Source: Bacteroidales bacterium
GTDB lineage: Bacteria > Bacteroidota > Bacteroidia > Bacteroidales > UBA1715
Length of the DNA stretch: 64,000 nt
Reading direction: 5' to 3'
Assembly (NCBI GenBank): GCA_027858745.1
Contig: JAQICB010000077.1
Location: 6,224 to 70,223, forward strand
This document shows, piece after piece, positions 30,093-39,141 of this stretch. Both the position numbers and the translations under genes were made by a program. The notes beneath the pieces were generated by a model. It had not been told where the DNA came from. It worked only from the letters and a program-made list of their open reading frames with translations, and searched no databases. Every line of letters starts with the position of its first letter. The first letter of the stretch is position 1.

Positions 30093-30117
30093 ATTTTTCT
30101 CAATTGAATATGTCAGT

Positions 30118-32529
30118 TTATCCCATTACAACTTCAACAGCAACTTCACCCTCAGTGAAAATCGGAAGCATGTTTCCTTCGATTTTTTTGCCATTTACGG
30201 TGATTTCAGTAATACCTTTTGAAACACCGTTCGGGTTTGTAATATTGATTTTATATGTTGCACCGCGGAATTTACGAGTAACATGTAATGTTTTCCATGA
30301 AGCTGGAATACACGGGTCAACAACTAAACCAGTAATGCTTGGTCTAATTCCGGCAATCCATTGCGTTCCTGCAATATATGTCCACGATGATGTTCCTGAT
30401 AACCATGCATTCCTACCTAAACCAAATTGAGGATGTTCATCGCCCAATATGTTTTGTGGGTAGCAGTATGGTTCAGATTCAAATACATCTAATTTGTCAT
30501 TATTTGAAGCCGGATTAATTTGATTGTAGTATTGGAAAGCTCTATCGCCTCGTCCTGCAATTGTTTCGGCAATCATAACCCATGGATTTGCGTGTAAGAA
30601 TATACCACCATTTTCTTTTGCTCCCGGAGGATAAGTCGATACACCACCAATTTCAGGATCAAACCCATTGTATCCCGGCCAACTGAGTTTAATACCATTT
30701 GCCGTGTTTAATTTTTCGTACACTGAATCCAAAGAAGAAATCATTCGTTCTCCTTCCGAGAAACCGGAAATAACCGTCCATGATTGACCGTTAGTATATA
30801 TTTTACCTTTATCGTTTGTGTTCGATCCAATTGGATCACCATTAGCTCGGAAATATCGAATCCACCATTTGCCGTCCCACGCTGACTCGTTTACAGCTTT
30901 TTTTATTTCTTCGTAGTAGCCTTGTAAGGTTTTTTTGTATTCTGCATCTCCAATAGCATCACATATGTCGTACATTTCAACAATTGCTTTGCCAAAAAGA
31001 TTTGCATTAAATATAGATTCAGCTCCATTTGCAAGGTTAACTGTATCATTCCAGTCTGCAAAACCTAAATGTGGCAAACCGTGCTTTCCGCGGTCATTCC
31101 ATGTGAAATTTATTGAACGTTTGAGGTGTTCCAAAACAGTACCTTTTTCCCGTTTTTCGAGTGGCACTTTCTTTTCGTAAAAAGTAATTTCTTTGTTAAG
31201 AAAATCTAAATTACCCGTTTCTTTTAAATATTGAGAAACTGTTTGAACAATCCATAAGTGGTCGTCACCATAATAGTCAGGTGATTCCGCTTCTTCACGA
31301 GAGTCACCTTCGTTAGCTTCCATAGTAGACGGGAAAAATTGGTGCATTGCCGAACCGTCAGGTTTTTGTACCGAAAGTAAGCGTTCTGCTAATTCACGTC
31401 CCTCTTCAGGCATATGAGAAATTGCACCTATAAGGTCCTGTGATGAGTCTCTAAAACCAATACCACGAGCTCCATATCCTAATTGATATAATGATAAATA
31501 GCGAGACCAGTTTTTCGTCGTGTGACACTGACGAGGATTGTGAACATTTATCATTGAATTGAATGATGGATCCGGAGATTCTATGTGCATTACCGATAAG
31601 TAATCGTCCCACCATGCAGCCAATTGTTCAAACGCAGCATCTACATTTGCTAAATTTCGGTATTTTTCAATTTCCTCTTTTCCTTGGGCAACAGAATCTT
31701 TTTGAGACAATTGAGAACATGTTCGTTCTGTTTGCCCATCTGCAAGGGTACCCAATTTTATCATTAACGCTGCAATATTATCGCCACGTAAGGCTTCCGT
31801 ATTTGATAATTCTTCGTTTTGTAAAGATTTTGGGTCAGCAAATGAACCATATTCATTGTCACCTAAAAACACTTTTCTATCACCATCAAAAGAAGTAACC
31901 GGACGGTCTGCTGTAACAAGATTTACTGCATATGCTTTTTTCATAAATGCATATTGCTCAAGCACAACATGACCCGAAGCTTCTTTGTGTGCATTTAATG
32001 TCATTGTTTGTGGCACCCAGTCTGCATTCGTTAATTGTTTTAATGCATCAAAGTGAGTGAATTCGTATACCGGAATAACGTCAACTTCAAGGTTTTTACC
32101 CGAAATATTTGTTACTTGAATATCTTGTAATAAAGTCTGAGCTCCTTTTGGAACAAAAATTGTAATTTCTGTTTTTAAACCGTATGCTTCAACAACCCAT
32201 TTTGAGTATGACAATCCAATATGACACTCAAATTTATCAAGCTCTTTTAATGTCGGTGTGAAAAATGGGGAGAAAACAGTATATGTACCATCTTCATTTT
32301 TAATTCGTATATATACACTTGATGCTTTAAAATCAGATTGTGGCATTTGTGCAATATATTTTGTGATTCTGTTTAAAGCAGGATCGCCTTTACAAATTAA
32401 TGAACCACCGGTATTGTCTACAATACCTCCAAAATCAAGCGTGCCAACATAGTTTATCCATTTTATTGGCGTTTTAGGAGTCGTAATAACATACTCTTTC
32501 TTTTCGTCGTCAAAATATCCGAATTGCAT
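30118..32529 (-). CDS. GH94 glycoside phosphorylase (cellobiose/chitobiose phosphorylase-like)
   Basis: 803 aa. The N-terminus MQFGYFDDEKKEYVITTPKTPIKWINYVG matches the characteristic cellobiose-phosphorylase start. Length and domain order fit GH94. Confidence 0.75.
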   Translation of the reverse strand: MQFGYFDDEKKEYVITTPKTPIKWINYVGTLDFGGIVDNTGGSLICKGDPALNRITKYIAQMPQSDFKASSVYIRIKNEDGTYTVFSPFFTPTLKELDKFECHIGLSYSKWVVEAYGLKTEITIFVPKGAQTLLQDIQVTNISGKNLEVDVIPVYEFTHFDALKQLTNADWVPQTMTLNAHKEASGHVVLEQYAFMKKAYAVNLVTADRPVTSFDGDRKVFLGDNEYGSFADPKSLQNEELSNTEALRGDNIAALMIKLGTLADGQTERTCSQLSQKDSVAQGKEEIEKYRNLANVDAAFEQLAAWWDDYLSVMHIESPDPSFNSMINVHNPRQCHTTKNWSRYLSLYQLGYGARGIGFRDSSQDLIGAISHMPEEGRELAERLLSVQKPDGSAMHQFFPSTMEANEGDSREEAESPDYYGDDHLWIVQTVSQYLKETGNLDFLNKEITFYEKKVPLEKREKGTVLEHLKRSINFTWNDRGKHGLPHLGFADWNDTVNLANGAESIFNANLFGKAIVEMYDICDAIGDAEYKKTLQGYYEEIKKAVNESAWDGKWWIRYFRANGDPIGSNTNDKGKIYTNGQSWTVISGFSEGERMISSLDSVYEKLNTANGIKLSWPGYNGFDPEIGGVSTYPPGAKENGGIFLHANPWVMIAETIAGRGDRAFQYYNQINPASNNDKLDVFESEPYCYPQNILGDEHPQFGLGRNAWLSGTSSWTYIAGTQWIAGIRPSITGLVVDPCIPASWKTLHVTRKFRGATYKINITNPNGVSKGITEITVNGKKIEGNMLPIFTEGEVAVEVVMG

Positions 32530-32594
32530 AGAAAATAATTTTAGTTAATTTATATTTATTTGAACTATACTTATATAATAAGTAATGATTTTCA

Positions 32595-32602
32595 CAAAAA
32601 TA
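32595..32602 (-). promoter_or_regulatory. candidate -7 box (TATTTTTG on minus strand) for GH94
   Basis: CAAAAATA on the plus strand, 65 nt upstream of the ATG at 32529. Confidence 0.35.
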
Positions 32603-32671
32603 ACATCTATTTTTTAATAGCGAAGAAAAATCGACAAAATATTTATTGTTTACAGCAACAGTTTCAAAAAA

Positions 32672-33961
32672 TTAGACAATTTCTCCCTTCATATGATTAT
32701 TTTCTTGAAAACATAATTGTACTTTCTGTATGGTATTTCGAATATCTTCTTCTGAATATACATCTGTTCGTATATAATTGTCGGTATATCCGGTGTAGAC
32801 ATTGTTTTTCTGAGTTTCTATGAGAACCGGTCGAATTGTATTGTTACATGCACGGTAATAGTCGTTTTGTATTTTTGCACTTAATTCATGTAATAACATA
32901 CTTCGTTTTTGCCGTTCTTGTTTAGAAACTTTGGGTGAAATATTTAAAGCATCTGTTCCTTCTCGTTCGGAATAGGTAAATATGTGTAAGTAGGAGATAG
33001 GTAGGGTTTTTAAAAATGAATATGTTTCCATAAACAATTCCTCGGTTTCACCCGGTGTGCCGACAATTACGTCTACACCAATACATGCATGAGGAATGTG
33101 CGTTTGAATTTCATTAATTTTTTGTGTAAATAATTCTGTTGAATATCTTCTCCTCATTAACTTTAGAACAGCATCTGAACCCGCCTGTAGCGGAATGTGA
33201 AAATGAGGCATGAATTTTTGTGAATCACGAACAAATTCAATAATTTCTGTCGTTAATAAGTTGGGTTCTATCGAAGAAATTCGATATCGTTCTATTCCAT
33301 CAACTTTATCTAATTCTTGTATTAATTCAAAAAATGATTCCTTTGTACTTTGCCCAAAATCTCCGATATTTATCCCGGTAAGTACAATTTCACGAATGGT
33401 ATTATTTGCTATTTCTTTGGCTTGCGATACTAACTGAGAAATTGGTGCATTCCTGCTTTTTCCTCTTGCAAGAGGAATTGTGCAGTATGAACAAAAATAA
33501 TTGCACCCATCTTGCACTTTTAGAAATGATCGTGTACGTTTTTCAAGGGAGTATGAATTATTAAAAATCTCAATATCGTCTCGTTCGCAGGAAGAGATGA
33601 TAACAGAATTTTGCGAAGATTCAAGTTTTTCAATAAAAAAAGGAATTGAAAATTTATCTTTCGTACTTAATACAATTGAAACGCCTTCAATTTTCGATAT
33701 TTCTTCTGGTTTAAGTTGGGCATAGCATCCAACAACAATAATAATTGCTTCGGGGTTTATTTTAAGAGCCTTACGAATAGCACTTCTACTTTTTTTATTT
33801 GCAAGCTCGGTGACACTACAGGTGTTTATTACATAATAATCTGCAAAGGAAGAAAAGGGAACGGTCGTATAGTCTTGTATGGACATGTTTCGTGCAATAG
33901 CTTCTGTTTCAGCATAATTTAATTTGCAACCGAGTGTGTAAAAACCAACTTTTTTTGTCAT
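32672..33961 (-). CDS. mtaB: tRNA t6A37 methylthiotransferase MtaB (radical SAM)
   Basis: UPF0004 N-domain (FYTLGCKLNYAETEAIA), radical-SAM GCNYFCSYCTIP, and a C-terminal TRAM-like region. 429 aa. Confidence 0.85.
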   Translation of the reverse strand: MTKKVGFYTLGCKLNYAETEAIARNMSIQDYTTVPFSSFADYYVINTCSVTELANKKSRSAIRKALKINPEAIIIVVGCYAQLKPEEISKIEGVSIVLSTKDKFSIPFFIEKLESSQNSVIISSCERDDIEIFNNSYSLEKRTRSFLKVQDGCNYFCSYCTIPLARGKSRNAPISQLVSQAKEIANNTIREIVLTGINIGDFGQSTKESFFELIQELDKVDGIERYRISSIEPNLLTTEIIEFVRDSQKFMPHFHIPLQAGSDAVLKLMRRRYSTELFTQKINEIQTHIPHACIGVDVIVGTPGETEELFMETYSFLKTLPISYLHIFTYSEREGTDALNISPKVSKQERQKRSMLLHELSAKIQNDYYRACNNTIRPVLIETQKNNVYTGYTDNYIRTDVYSEEDIRNTIQKVQLCFQENNHMKGEIV

Positions 33962-33984
33962 TTTTTTAATATTAGTATTCTCAG

Positions 33985-33992
33985 CAAAAATA
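33985..33992 (-). promoter_or_regulatory. candidate -7 box (TATTTTTG on minus strand) for mtaB
   Basis: CAAAAATA on the plus strand, 23 nt upstream of the ATG at 33961. Confidence 0.4.
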
Positions 33993-34050
33993 ATTTTTTG
34001 TTTTGTAAGAAAAAAATGAAGATATTTATTGTAATTTAAAATAAAATGTA

Positions 34051-34065
34051 TAGTTTTGAAAACTA
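34051..34065 (+). promoter_or_regulatory. 15-bp perfect palindrome TAGTTTTGAAAACTA whose left half is a TAnnTTTG -7 box
   Basis: TAGTTTTG matches the -7 consensus on the plus strand only. The whole 15-mer is a perfect inverted repeat and so a possible operator. It lies in the divergent mtaB / 34217 intergenic region. Confidence 0.4.
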
Positions 34066-34106
34066 TTTACGGAGCAATACGTAAACTCATAAAAATATTA
34101 ACACAG

Positions 34107-34193
34107 GTAATGGATAGGTGAATAGTTTTTTTATAAAACTTCTCTTTTCATGGTGTTGCGGCTTTTTTATTTCACCGTCCATTACTTTTTTTT
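34107..34193 (+). promoter_or_regulatory. candidate 5' leader attenuator or small-RNA terminator: long-range stem plus U8
   Basis: GTAATGGA-TA-GGTGAA (34107-34122) pairs with TTCACC-G-TCCATTAC (34171-34185), giving 14 bp around a small bulge. ATAAAA/TTTTAT may extend it. T8 (34186-34193) follows immediately, and the ATG at 34217 is 24 nt further on. Confidence 0.4.
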
Positions 34194-34216
34194 ACAACCA
34201 AAAAATTTTATGAGTT

Positions 34217-34711
34217 ATGAAAACAATGACATCTTTTTTTTCGACTATTTTACTGTTAGGTTTACCTTTTTATTCGTTTTCACAACAAGTTCCCTCACAA
34301 TGTACATCAATTGAAGTTACTAATAGCGAGACGGCTGCTAATGCAGAGGATTGCATATTAAAAATTTCTCAATTTATTCTTTCGCAACATGTAGTGTATT
34401 CTACCCCTGAATATACCGATATGGCCAAAGATGTGAGTGATTGGATGAAACGTACAATGAATTATACTATTGTCGTGAATCCGCTTGTGAAAGAGGCGAT
34501 AGAACACAAAAAAAATGTTAATTTATTACAGGTATATCATGCCGCACTTGCACACGAAGCTCTTTCGGGAGCAACAAATTTTCATAAACAAGCTGTTGTT
34601 ACATTGATTGAATATATTCGCGATGAAAAAAATAATGTGAAAATTACCGGGAAAATTAAAAAAATGCTGAAAGCATTTGATGCAGATGAATTTGAAAAGT
34701 ATTATAGGTAA
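34217..34711 (+). CDS. hypothetical secreted protein
   Basis: 164 aa with signal peptide MKTMTSFFSTILLLGLPFYSFSQ. No recognisable motif. Confidence 0.55.
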   Translation: MKTMTSFFSTILLLGLPFYSFSQQVPSQCTSIEVTNSETAANAEDCILKISQFILSQHVVYSTPEYTDMAKDVSDWMKRTMNYTIVVNPLVKEAIEHKKNVNLLQVYHAALAHEALSGATNFHKQAVVTLIEYIRDEKNNVKITGKIKKMLKAFDADEFEKYYR

Positions 34712-34743
34712 ATAATATTTTGTATAAGCTATTATTACAAAAG

Positions 34744-34771
34744 TTCTCATGTTTATGAGGGCTTTTTTTTT
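34744..34771 (+). terminator. probable intrinsic terminator of the 34217-34711 gene
   Basis: Short stem TTCTCAT-GTTT-ATGAGGG followed by T9 (34763-34771). Confidence 0.5.
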
Positions 34772-34835
34772 GTCAATTTTGAAACCGGTGATATAGAGTC
34801 CGACAATTCATGTTCGTAATATGTCTGAAACTATA

Positions 34836-35044
34836 AACCTGAGTTCGACGTAATTTTTCGAGTTCAGATTAGCTCCGCTGAGCTCGTCCTTTGTCCTCGG
34901 TTGATATAAAAAGCTGTTTATAAGGCAAATTATTGAATAATAGAGAGCTATTGTGAAATAATTTAACGCAGAAAAACTGTTTTTTATGCAAAGCAAACTT
35001 TTTATAAGCGTTCTGAATCTAAAAAATCATATCGAACTCAGGTT
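34836..35044 (+). mobile_element. MITE-like non-autonomous element, long copy (209 bp)
   Basis: Perfect 13-bp terminal inverted repeats AACCTGAGTTCGA ... TCGAACTCAGGTT. Flanked by the direct repeat ATA/ATA. Its first 97 nt are identical, apart from one 1-nt indel, to the copy at 43507-43619. No ORF of coding quality inside. Confidence 0.75.
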
Positions 35045-35216
35045 ATAATATTAGTCACACACTTAAAGTCTTATGGATAAGGATATAAATTGTGCTATGC
35101 ATGTTTTTTTTATGATAAACTGAGCTGCCCCACAAGTTACGCTACGCTAAAATTATTGATACAAAGGTGTTCGCGTAAGGACTAAACTGTTAACTAATCC
35201 ATAAAAAAGTCTAGAC

Positions 35217-35252
35217 AAAAAAAAAGCTCTCAAATGATTTGAGAGCTTTTTT
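35217..35252 (-). terminator. intrinsic terminator of the HU gene (bidirectional hairpin)
   Basis: AAAAAGCTCTCAAAT-G-ATTTGAGAGCTTTTT, a perfect palindrome flanked by A and T runs, 19 nt after the HU stop. Confidence 0.85.
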
Positions 35253-35270
35253 GTAAGTTGTGTTTTGCTA

Positions 35271-35543
35271 CTAGTTAACAGCTTCAGATAAAGCTTTACC
35301 AGCTTTAAATTTAGCTACTTTTTTAGCTGCAATTTTAATTTCTTTACCAGTTTGTGGATTTCTACCTGTACGAGCAGAACGTTGACCTACTGAGAAAGTT
35401 CCGAATCCAACTAATTGAATACTTTCACCTTTTGATAATCCACCTTTAATTGCACCTAAAGTTGCATTTAAAGCTTTTTCCGCTGCAGCTTTTGATAAGT
35501 CTGCTTCTGCTGCAATTGCAGCTACTAATTCTTGTTTGTTCAT
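35271..35543 (-). CDS. hup: HU-family DNA-binding protein
   Basis: 90 aa. [11 protein letters not shown]...[41 protein letters not shown] is a canonical HU/IHF fold sequence. Confidence 0.95.
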   Translation of the reverse strand: MNKQELVAAIAAEADLSKAAAEKALNATLGAIKGGLSKGESIQLVGFGTFSVGQRSARTGRNPQTGKEIKIAAKKVAKFKAGKALSEAVN

Positions 35544-35803
35544 ATTGAAATTAATTTAAAAATAAATGGTTTATAATTAAAAATTTAAAGATATACGAAT
35601 TTTTGATAAAAATGAAAAAATATGTGAAAAATATAGATAAATAGTACATTTTTTTCATTTCTCTTCCTTTTTTGTTATTCTTATTTTCAAAAATATAAAA
35701 AAATTATTAAAAATACAGTCTTTTCTCTTTTTTTATTTTTTTTATGTGAATAAGTAGTGAATATATATTTTTCATATCATATGTATTTATATAGTAAAAT
35801 TGA

Positions 35804-35811
35804 TATGTTTG
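35804..35811 (+). promoter_or_regulatory. candidate -7 box TATGTTTG for the second SSS transporter
   Basis: TAnnTTTG match 13 nt upstream of the ATG at 35825. This implies a very short leader. Confidence 0.4.
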
Positions 35812-35824
35812 AAAAAAATTAGAT

Positions 35825-37309
35825 ATGAGTCCTTTTATTGTCGGTAGTATTATTGTTGTATATTTTTCGGTATTATTTATTATTTCACGGTATACCTCAC
35901 GAAATGCGGATAATGCTGCTTTTTTTAATGCAAATAAAAAAGCTCCCTGGTTTGTCGTTGCTTTTGGCATGGTCGGCGTAAGTCTTTCCGGCGTTACATT
36001 TATTTCTGTGCCGGGTTGGGTAGGCAACAGTAATTTTTATTATTTCCAGTTAGTTCTCGGTTATATTATTGGGTATATAATTATTGCTAAAATATTGTTG
36101 CCATTATACTATTCTTTAGAACTTACTTCTATTTACACCTATTTGGATCAACGTTTTGGAAGATTTTCGTACAAAACGGGAGCATCGTTTTTTCTTCTTT
36201 CACGAACCATTGGTGCCGCTTTTCGCCTCTATATTGTGGCGAGGGTTTTACAAATATCCTTTTTTAATCATTATAATATTCCGTTTGAGCTGACAACTAT
36301 TGTGACAATTGTGTTGATTTGGATTTATACGAATAAAGGTGGTATTAAAACTATTATCTGGACAGATACTTTGCAAACTTTTTTTTTACTGTCTGCTGTT
36401 ATCGTTACTATATTTATTGTGGTTAAAAGATTAGATTTTGGTGACATGTCTGTTGTGCAAACAATAGCTGATTCAGATTATTCACGAATGTTTAATTTCG
36501 ATTGGAACTCGAAATGGCATTTTCTTAAGCAAATTATCTCCGGTGCTTTTATTACAATTGTGATGACCGGACTAGACCAGGATATGATGCAAAAAAATCT
36601 TTCGTGTCGCAATCTCAAAGATGCACAGAAAAACATGTATTGGTATGGCAGTTCATTTTTGGTATTTAATTTATTTTTTCTCGGTTTAGGTGCTTTATTA
36701 TATATGTATATACATCAAATGGGTATAACTACTTTTCCTGACTCCGAATTTGCTTTTAATCCCGACACTAATGCATTTGTTAATACCGATGATTTGTATC
36801 CGTATTTGGCTACGCACGATTTTGGCTTGTTTGCCGGAGTGGTTTTTTTACTGGGAATTATCGCTGCTGCATTTTCGAGTGCCGATTCTGCACTGACTGC
36901 ACTTACCACAAGTTTTACAATTGATATTTTAGGTATTACAAATAAAACTGAAAAACAAGTTCGTTCTCAACGACGTATTTCTCATGTGCTTTTTTCAGTT
37001 TTGTTGGTGTTTGTAATTCTCGTATTCCATTTTATTAATAATAATGCGGTAATTGATGCAATTTTTATGGCTGCAGGGTATACGTATGGTCCCATTCTCG
37101 GTATGTTTGCATTTGGACTTTTTACTAAACGAAATATCAAAGATAGATTTATACCATATATAGCTATATTATCACCCTTGTTGTGCTTCTTTATTTCTGT
37201 CATTTCTATTCATTATTGGGAATATAGCTTTGGGTATGAAATATTGTTATTGAATGGCTTGCTTACTTTTTTTGGTATGTTTTGTATTTCATATAATAAA
37301 GCTGTGTAA
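35825..37309 (+). CDS. sodium:solute symporter (SSS) family transporter
   Basis: 494 aa, about 13 TM segments. Its overall pattern resembles that of the 13863-15338 SSS protein, but it is clearly a distinct paralogue. Confidence 0.7.
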   Translation: MSPFIVGSIIVVYFSVLFIISRYTSRNADNAAFFNANKKAPWFVVAFGMVGVSLSGVTFISVPGWVGNSNFYYFQLVLGYIIGYIIIAKILLPLYYSLELTSIYTYLDQRFGRFSYKTGASFFLLSRTIGAAFRLYIVARVLQISFFNHYNIPFELTTIVTIVLIWIYTNKGGIKTIIWTDTLQTFFLLSAVIVTIFIVVKRLDFGDMSVVQTIADSDYSRMFNFDWNSKWHFLKQIISGAFITIVMTGLDQDMMQKNLSCRNLKDAQKNMYWYGSSFLVFNLFFLGLGALLYMYIHQMGITTFPDSEFAFNPDTNAFVNTDDLYPYLATHDFGLFAGVVFLLGIIAAAFSSADSALTALTTSFTIDILGITNKTEKQVRSQRRISHVLFSVLLVFVILVFHFINNNAVIDAIFMAAGYTYGPILGMFAFGLFTKRNIKDRFIPYIAILSPLLCFFISVISIHYWEYSFGYEILLLNGLLTFFGMFCISYNKAV

Positions 37310-37406
37310 TAATACTCATTTTCATGTTTTCTTCTTTTTTTTTGGAACGACTCGCATTCTTTAGCGTAATAATAGAAGCGGGTTTAACAAATTTATTATT
37401 ACGATC

Positions 37407-39044
37407 ATGAAAAAATATATTTTGCTTATAGGGATATTTTTAACTTTAAATAGTTATTTGTTTTCTCAAACTGCAACCGCACCTAATGGTGATGGTTCTT
37501 CGGGCAATCCCTATCAAATAGCAAGTTTAGAGAATTTATATTGGGTCGCAACAAATAGTAATGTCTGGAACGATAATGCGTATTTTTTACAAACTGCTGA
37601 TATTGATGCAAGTGGAACATCTTCTTGGTTTAGTAATGGTGCCGGCGGTTATTTTGGCTGGTATCCAATAGGAAGTGATACTGTTACAAAATTTAATGGT
37701 TATTATGATGGAAATAATCATACTATTTCTGGTTTATACATCAACAGACCGGCAGCAGTAAATGTTGGCTTGTTTGGACATGTCGGGCATGTTAGTTCTG
37801 TAACAGAAGCTAACACAATTGAAAACTTAGGACTAATTAACACAACGATAATTGGTGGTCGCGGGACAGGTGCTCTTATTGGGCGAATTACTGGAAATGC
37901 AAACACTCTTATACAATATGTGTATGTTGTTGATGGAGATGTAACCGGTAATGGTGCTACGGGTGGTGTAATAGGTTCATTTAATTCATATCGGGAAACT
38001 CCTGGGGGAACGGATAATCCAATTTTTCAAAATAGTTATTCTAATAATTCGGTGACGTATTCCGGTTTGGGTGCCGGAGATAAATTTGGTGGATTGGCTG
38101 GGTGTAGTCAAAAAGGTACTATTAAAAATTCGTATGCACGCGGAACAATTACTGTTGACGGTGGACAACGTATTGGTGGATTAGCCGGATGTATCGATTA
38201 TCGAGGAGAATTGGTTAATTCTTATTCAACGGGTTTGGTGTCAGCACCTAACAGTACGTTAGTCGGTGGTTTTATTGGAAATACAGCAGGAGCGGGAAGT
38301 AATGATGGCGTGGTTGCTAATTCATTTTGGGATACAGAAACATCGGGGCAAGCAACTTCTGCTGCTGAAGGTGTTGGTGAAGCTGAAGGAAAAACAACAG
38401 CAGAAATGAAAACTGAAGCTACCTTTTTAGGTGCTGGATGGGACATGACAAATATTTGGGATGTTAATATTTCGAATAATAACGGATACCCTCTTTTGTA
38501 TGGTAATAATAATAACTATTTACCAGTTGAATTATCAGACTTTATTGTGTCAGATTATAGTTCTGAGGGAATAAAATTATATTGGAAAACAGCTAGTGAA
38601 GTGAATAATGAAAACTTCTTAATTCAGCGAAGTGTTGACGGAAAGCAGTTTACTACAATTGGTAAAATTGCAGGGCATGGTAATTCTTCCTATATTCACA
38701 CATATTTGTTTGTTGATAAAGAAGTGTCTCCTCATACAATATATTATTATCGATTACAACAAGTTGATTATAATGGGGATTTTTCTTATTCTTCTGTTGT
38801 ATCTGCATTTTTTTCTCACAAAGAATCGATAATAACGGAATTTGTTCACGGAGGTATTTTTCTGTCAGCGTTTGATGAGGAAATTGAACATGTTTCTATG
38901 TATAATGCATTTGGACAGCGGTTATTTAACCGTAACTGCTCTTATACAAATCAGGTGTTTGTGCCGATTTCAAAGAATGGAATATACGTCTTAATTGTAA
39001 AAAGTAAATCTTCGTACCTTCAAAAAAAGTTGATAATTAATTAA
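37407..39044 (+). CDS. secreted GLUG-motif repeat protein with T9SS C-terminal sorting domain
   Basis: Signal peptide. Repeated G-G-[LVF]-[AI]-G units about every 25-30 aa (GLFGHV, GALIGRI, GGVIGSF, FGGLAGCS, IGGLAGCI, VGGFIGNT). C-terminal tail ...GIYVLIVKSKSSYLQKKLIIN is typical of Por secretion tails. Confidence 0.65.
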   Translation: MKKYILLIGIFLTLNSYLFSQTATAPNGDGSSGNPYQIASLENLYWVATNSNVWNDNAYFLQTADIDASGTSSWFSNGAGGYFGWYPIGSDTVTKFNGYYDGNNHTISGLYINRPAAVNVGLFGHVGHVSSVTEANTIENLGLINTTIIGGRGTGALIGRITGNANTLIQYVYVVDGDVTGNGATGGVIGSFNSYRETPGGTDNPIFQNSYSNNSVTYSGLGAGDKFGGLAGCSQKGTIKNSYARGTITVDGGQRIGGLAGCIDYRGELVNSYSTGLVSAPNSTLVGGFIGNTAGAGSNDGVVANSFWDTETSGQATSAAEGVGEAEGKTTAEMKTEATFLGAGWDMTNIWDVNISNNNGYPLLYGNNNNYLPVELSDFIVSDYSSEGIKLYWKTASEVNNENFLIQRSVDGKQFTTIGKIAGHGNSSYIHTYLFVDKEVSPHTIYYYRLQQVDYNGDFSYSSVVSAFFSHKESIITEFVHGGIFLSAFDEEIEHVSMYNAFGQRLFNRNCSYTNQVFVPISKNGIYVLIVKSKSSYLQKKLIIN

Positions 39045-39112
39045 TTATAAAATATCAACAAAAATAGTTAGTAAGACTTTGTTTTTCATGATAAATCTTG
39101 TGTAAAAAAAAG

Positions 39113-39120
39113 TATATTTG
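39113..39120 (+). promoter_or_regulatory. candidate -7 box TATATTTG for the aminotransferase-asnB-GT4 unit
   Basis: TAnnTTTG match 21 nt upstream of the ATG at 39142. Confidence 0.4.
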
Positions 39121-39141
39121 CATGATTTAAAAAAATAATTC

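Noticed and set aside
34808-34996. 62-aa minus-strand ORF from the track.
   Set aside because: It has a TTG start and lies almost wholly inside the repeated MITE-like element. The part shared with the second copy is not kept in an ORF there, and no coding features are visible.
35544-35824. Very AT-rich 280-bp region upstream of hup with many A5-A8 tracts (possible curved DNA or UP-like element), plus a distant -7-like box at 35688-35695.
   Set aside because: I cannot verify helical phasing of the A-tracts by eye. The only consensus box is about 145 nt from the hup ATG, so no confident promoter or curvature call can be made.
35707-36027. 106-aa minus-strand ORF overlapping the start of the SSS transporter.
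   Set aside because: It runs antisense to a well-supported transporter N-terminus and through an extremely AT-rich promoter region. The product is low-complexity.
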